Below, one piece after another: positions 63,267-64,000 of a stretch of 64,000 nt of DNA. The notes beneath the pieces are model-generated. The model did no database searches. It was not told the DNA's origin and saw only the letters and a list, made by a program, of their open reading frames with translations. Source of the DNA: Eutreptiella sp. 'Long Island Sound 2002' (lineage: Eukaryota; Protista; Euglenida); contig OZ038378.1 of assembly GCA_964036045.1 (NCBI GenBank), positions 3,844,001-3,908,000 on the forward strand, read 5' to 3'. The translations under genes were made by a program, and so were the position numbers. Each line of letters begins with the position of its first letter. The stretch's first letter is position 1.

Positions 63267-63725
63267 GTGCCCCTCCCCCTGCCCCAGGCTTTGCCCGTGC
63301 CCTTTCTACTGCCCCTGCTGCTTTTCCCCTGTGGCGTTGGAGCTGGGGGGCCCGTGTCAATGTGGGCCTTCTTTGTTTTGGTAACCGTTGTTCATCTTGG
63401 TCCCACCTGAATGCTGGGAACCCATTTCCTATCACCAGCTTTTGTCCATGGTTAACCACAGCCGCAGGGCCGTCCGAAAAAATGGCCTCGATTCTTAGTG
63501 TGTGATTGGGCAACCGCTGTGCCAGGGATTCCCCTCTGTCGACAGCTTGATTGATCTGGCCCGGTATTGCTCACTTGCTGCCCACTTGATGAGGCCCGCC
63601 TCCGTTTGTGGTACCGTTTGCTACCTTGTGATTCAAGTGGAATTGGTCCCTCATGTGTCGATGCGCAGATCGCCTTCTTTGTGTGGTCGGGCTTACCCGC
63701 TACCCCTGTGGAGACTCCCCCACAG

Positions 63726-63945
63726 GGATAGATATAATTTTCGCATCACTCAGGGTTGGGGGTCTGGGATGGGGGTGGGTGGAGGGTGGGTAGTGAATCG
63801 TGACATATCACGATATATACAAAGGTCCATAGTGGGAAATCCGCAGTTCCGAAAATATCGTGACGCCCAAAAGGCTCCGTGGTACTTTTTGGGGCCATGT
63901 GTGAACGTTGGTGTACTGTCATGTTGGTGACTGTGACATTGCGTT
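63726..63945 (+). repeat. Second copy of the 35014-35210 repeat
   Basis: Collinear similarity, by eye. Confidence 0.75.
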
Positions 63946-64000
63946 TTTGTGACAACCTCTGACAACCTTAGAACACCATCTGACCATCTGGCGGAAACGC

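Noticed and set aside
63267-63410. C-terminal part of the 602-aa ORF (VPLPLPQALP...)
   Set aside because: It follows a GAG|GTGCCC donor in mid-receiver domain and is pyrimidine-rich low-complexity sequence, so it is probably intron read-through.

Overview
Repeat-rich eukaryotic nuclear DNA with G/C homopolymer tracts, GT-AG introns and a pyrimidine-tract/AG acceptor just upstream of each start codon. A euglenid-like protist is my inference from this style, not something I can prove. Five host genes are supportable: an intronless NodU/CmcH-type carbamoyltransferase (7078-8661), a 3-exon Ala-rich membrane-anchored protein (17775-22014), an orphan acidic protein (30617-31255), a 9-exon TBC/Rab-GAP gene (37774-50759) and a membrane hybrid histidine-kinase-like gene (from 61635). 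Most of the rest is mobile DNA: a complete pogo-like transposon (56473-59474) and two relatives, TA-flanked MITEs, hAT-type MITEs with CAG..CTG ends and 7-8 bp target duplications, a MULE pseudogene, a DIRS-like methyltransferase remnant, LINE-like remnants and minisatellites. The most unusual signals are: (1) the pogo-like transposase has a C-terminal SAM domain, and its element carries an inverted six-fragment digest of its own coding sequence upstream of the start codon; (2) the MITE geometry matches euglenid nonconventional introns; (3) four 10-bp motifs sit at an exact 32-bp period; (4) a near-perfect 254-bp inverted repeat brackets a last exon. No rRNA, intact tRNA or cas genes were found.
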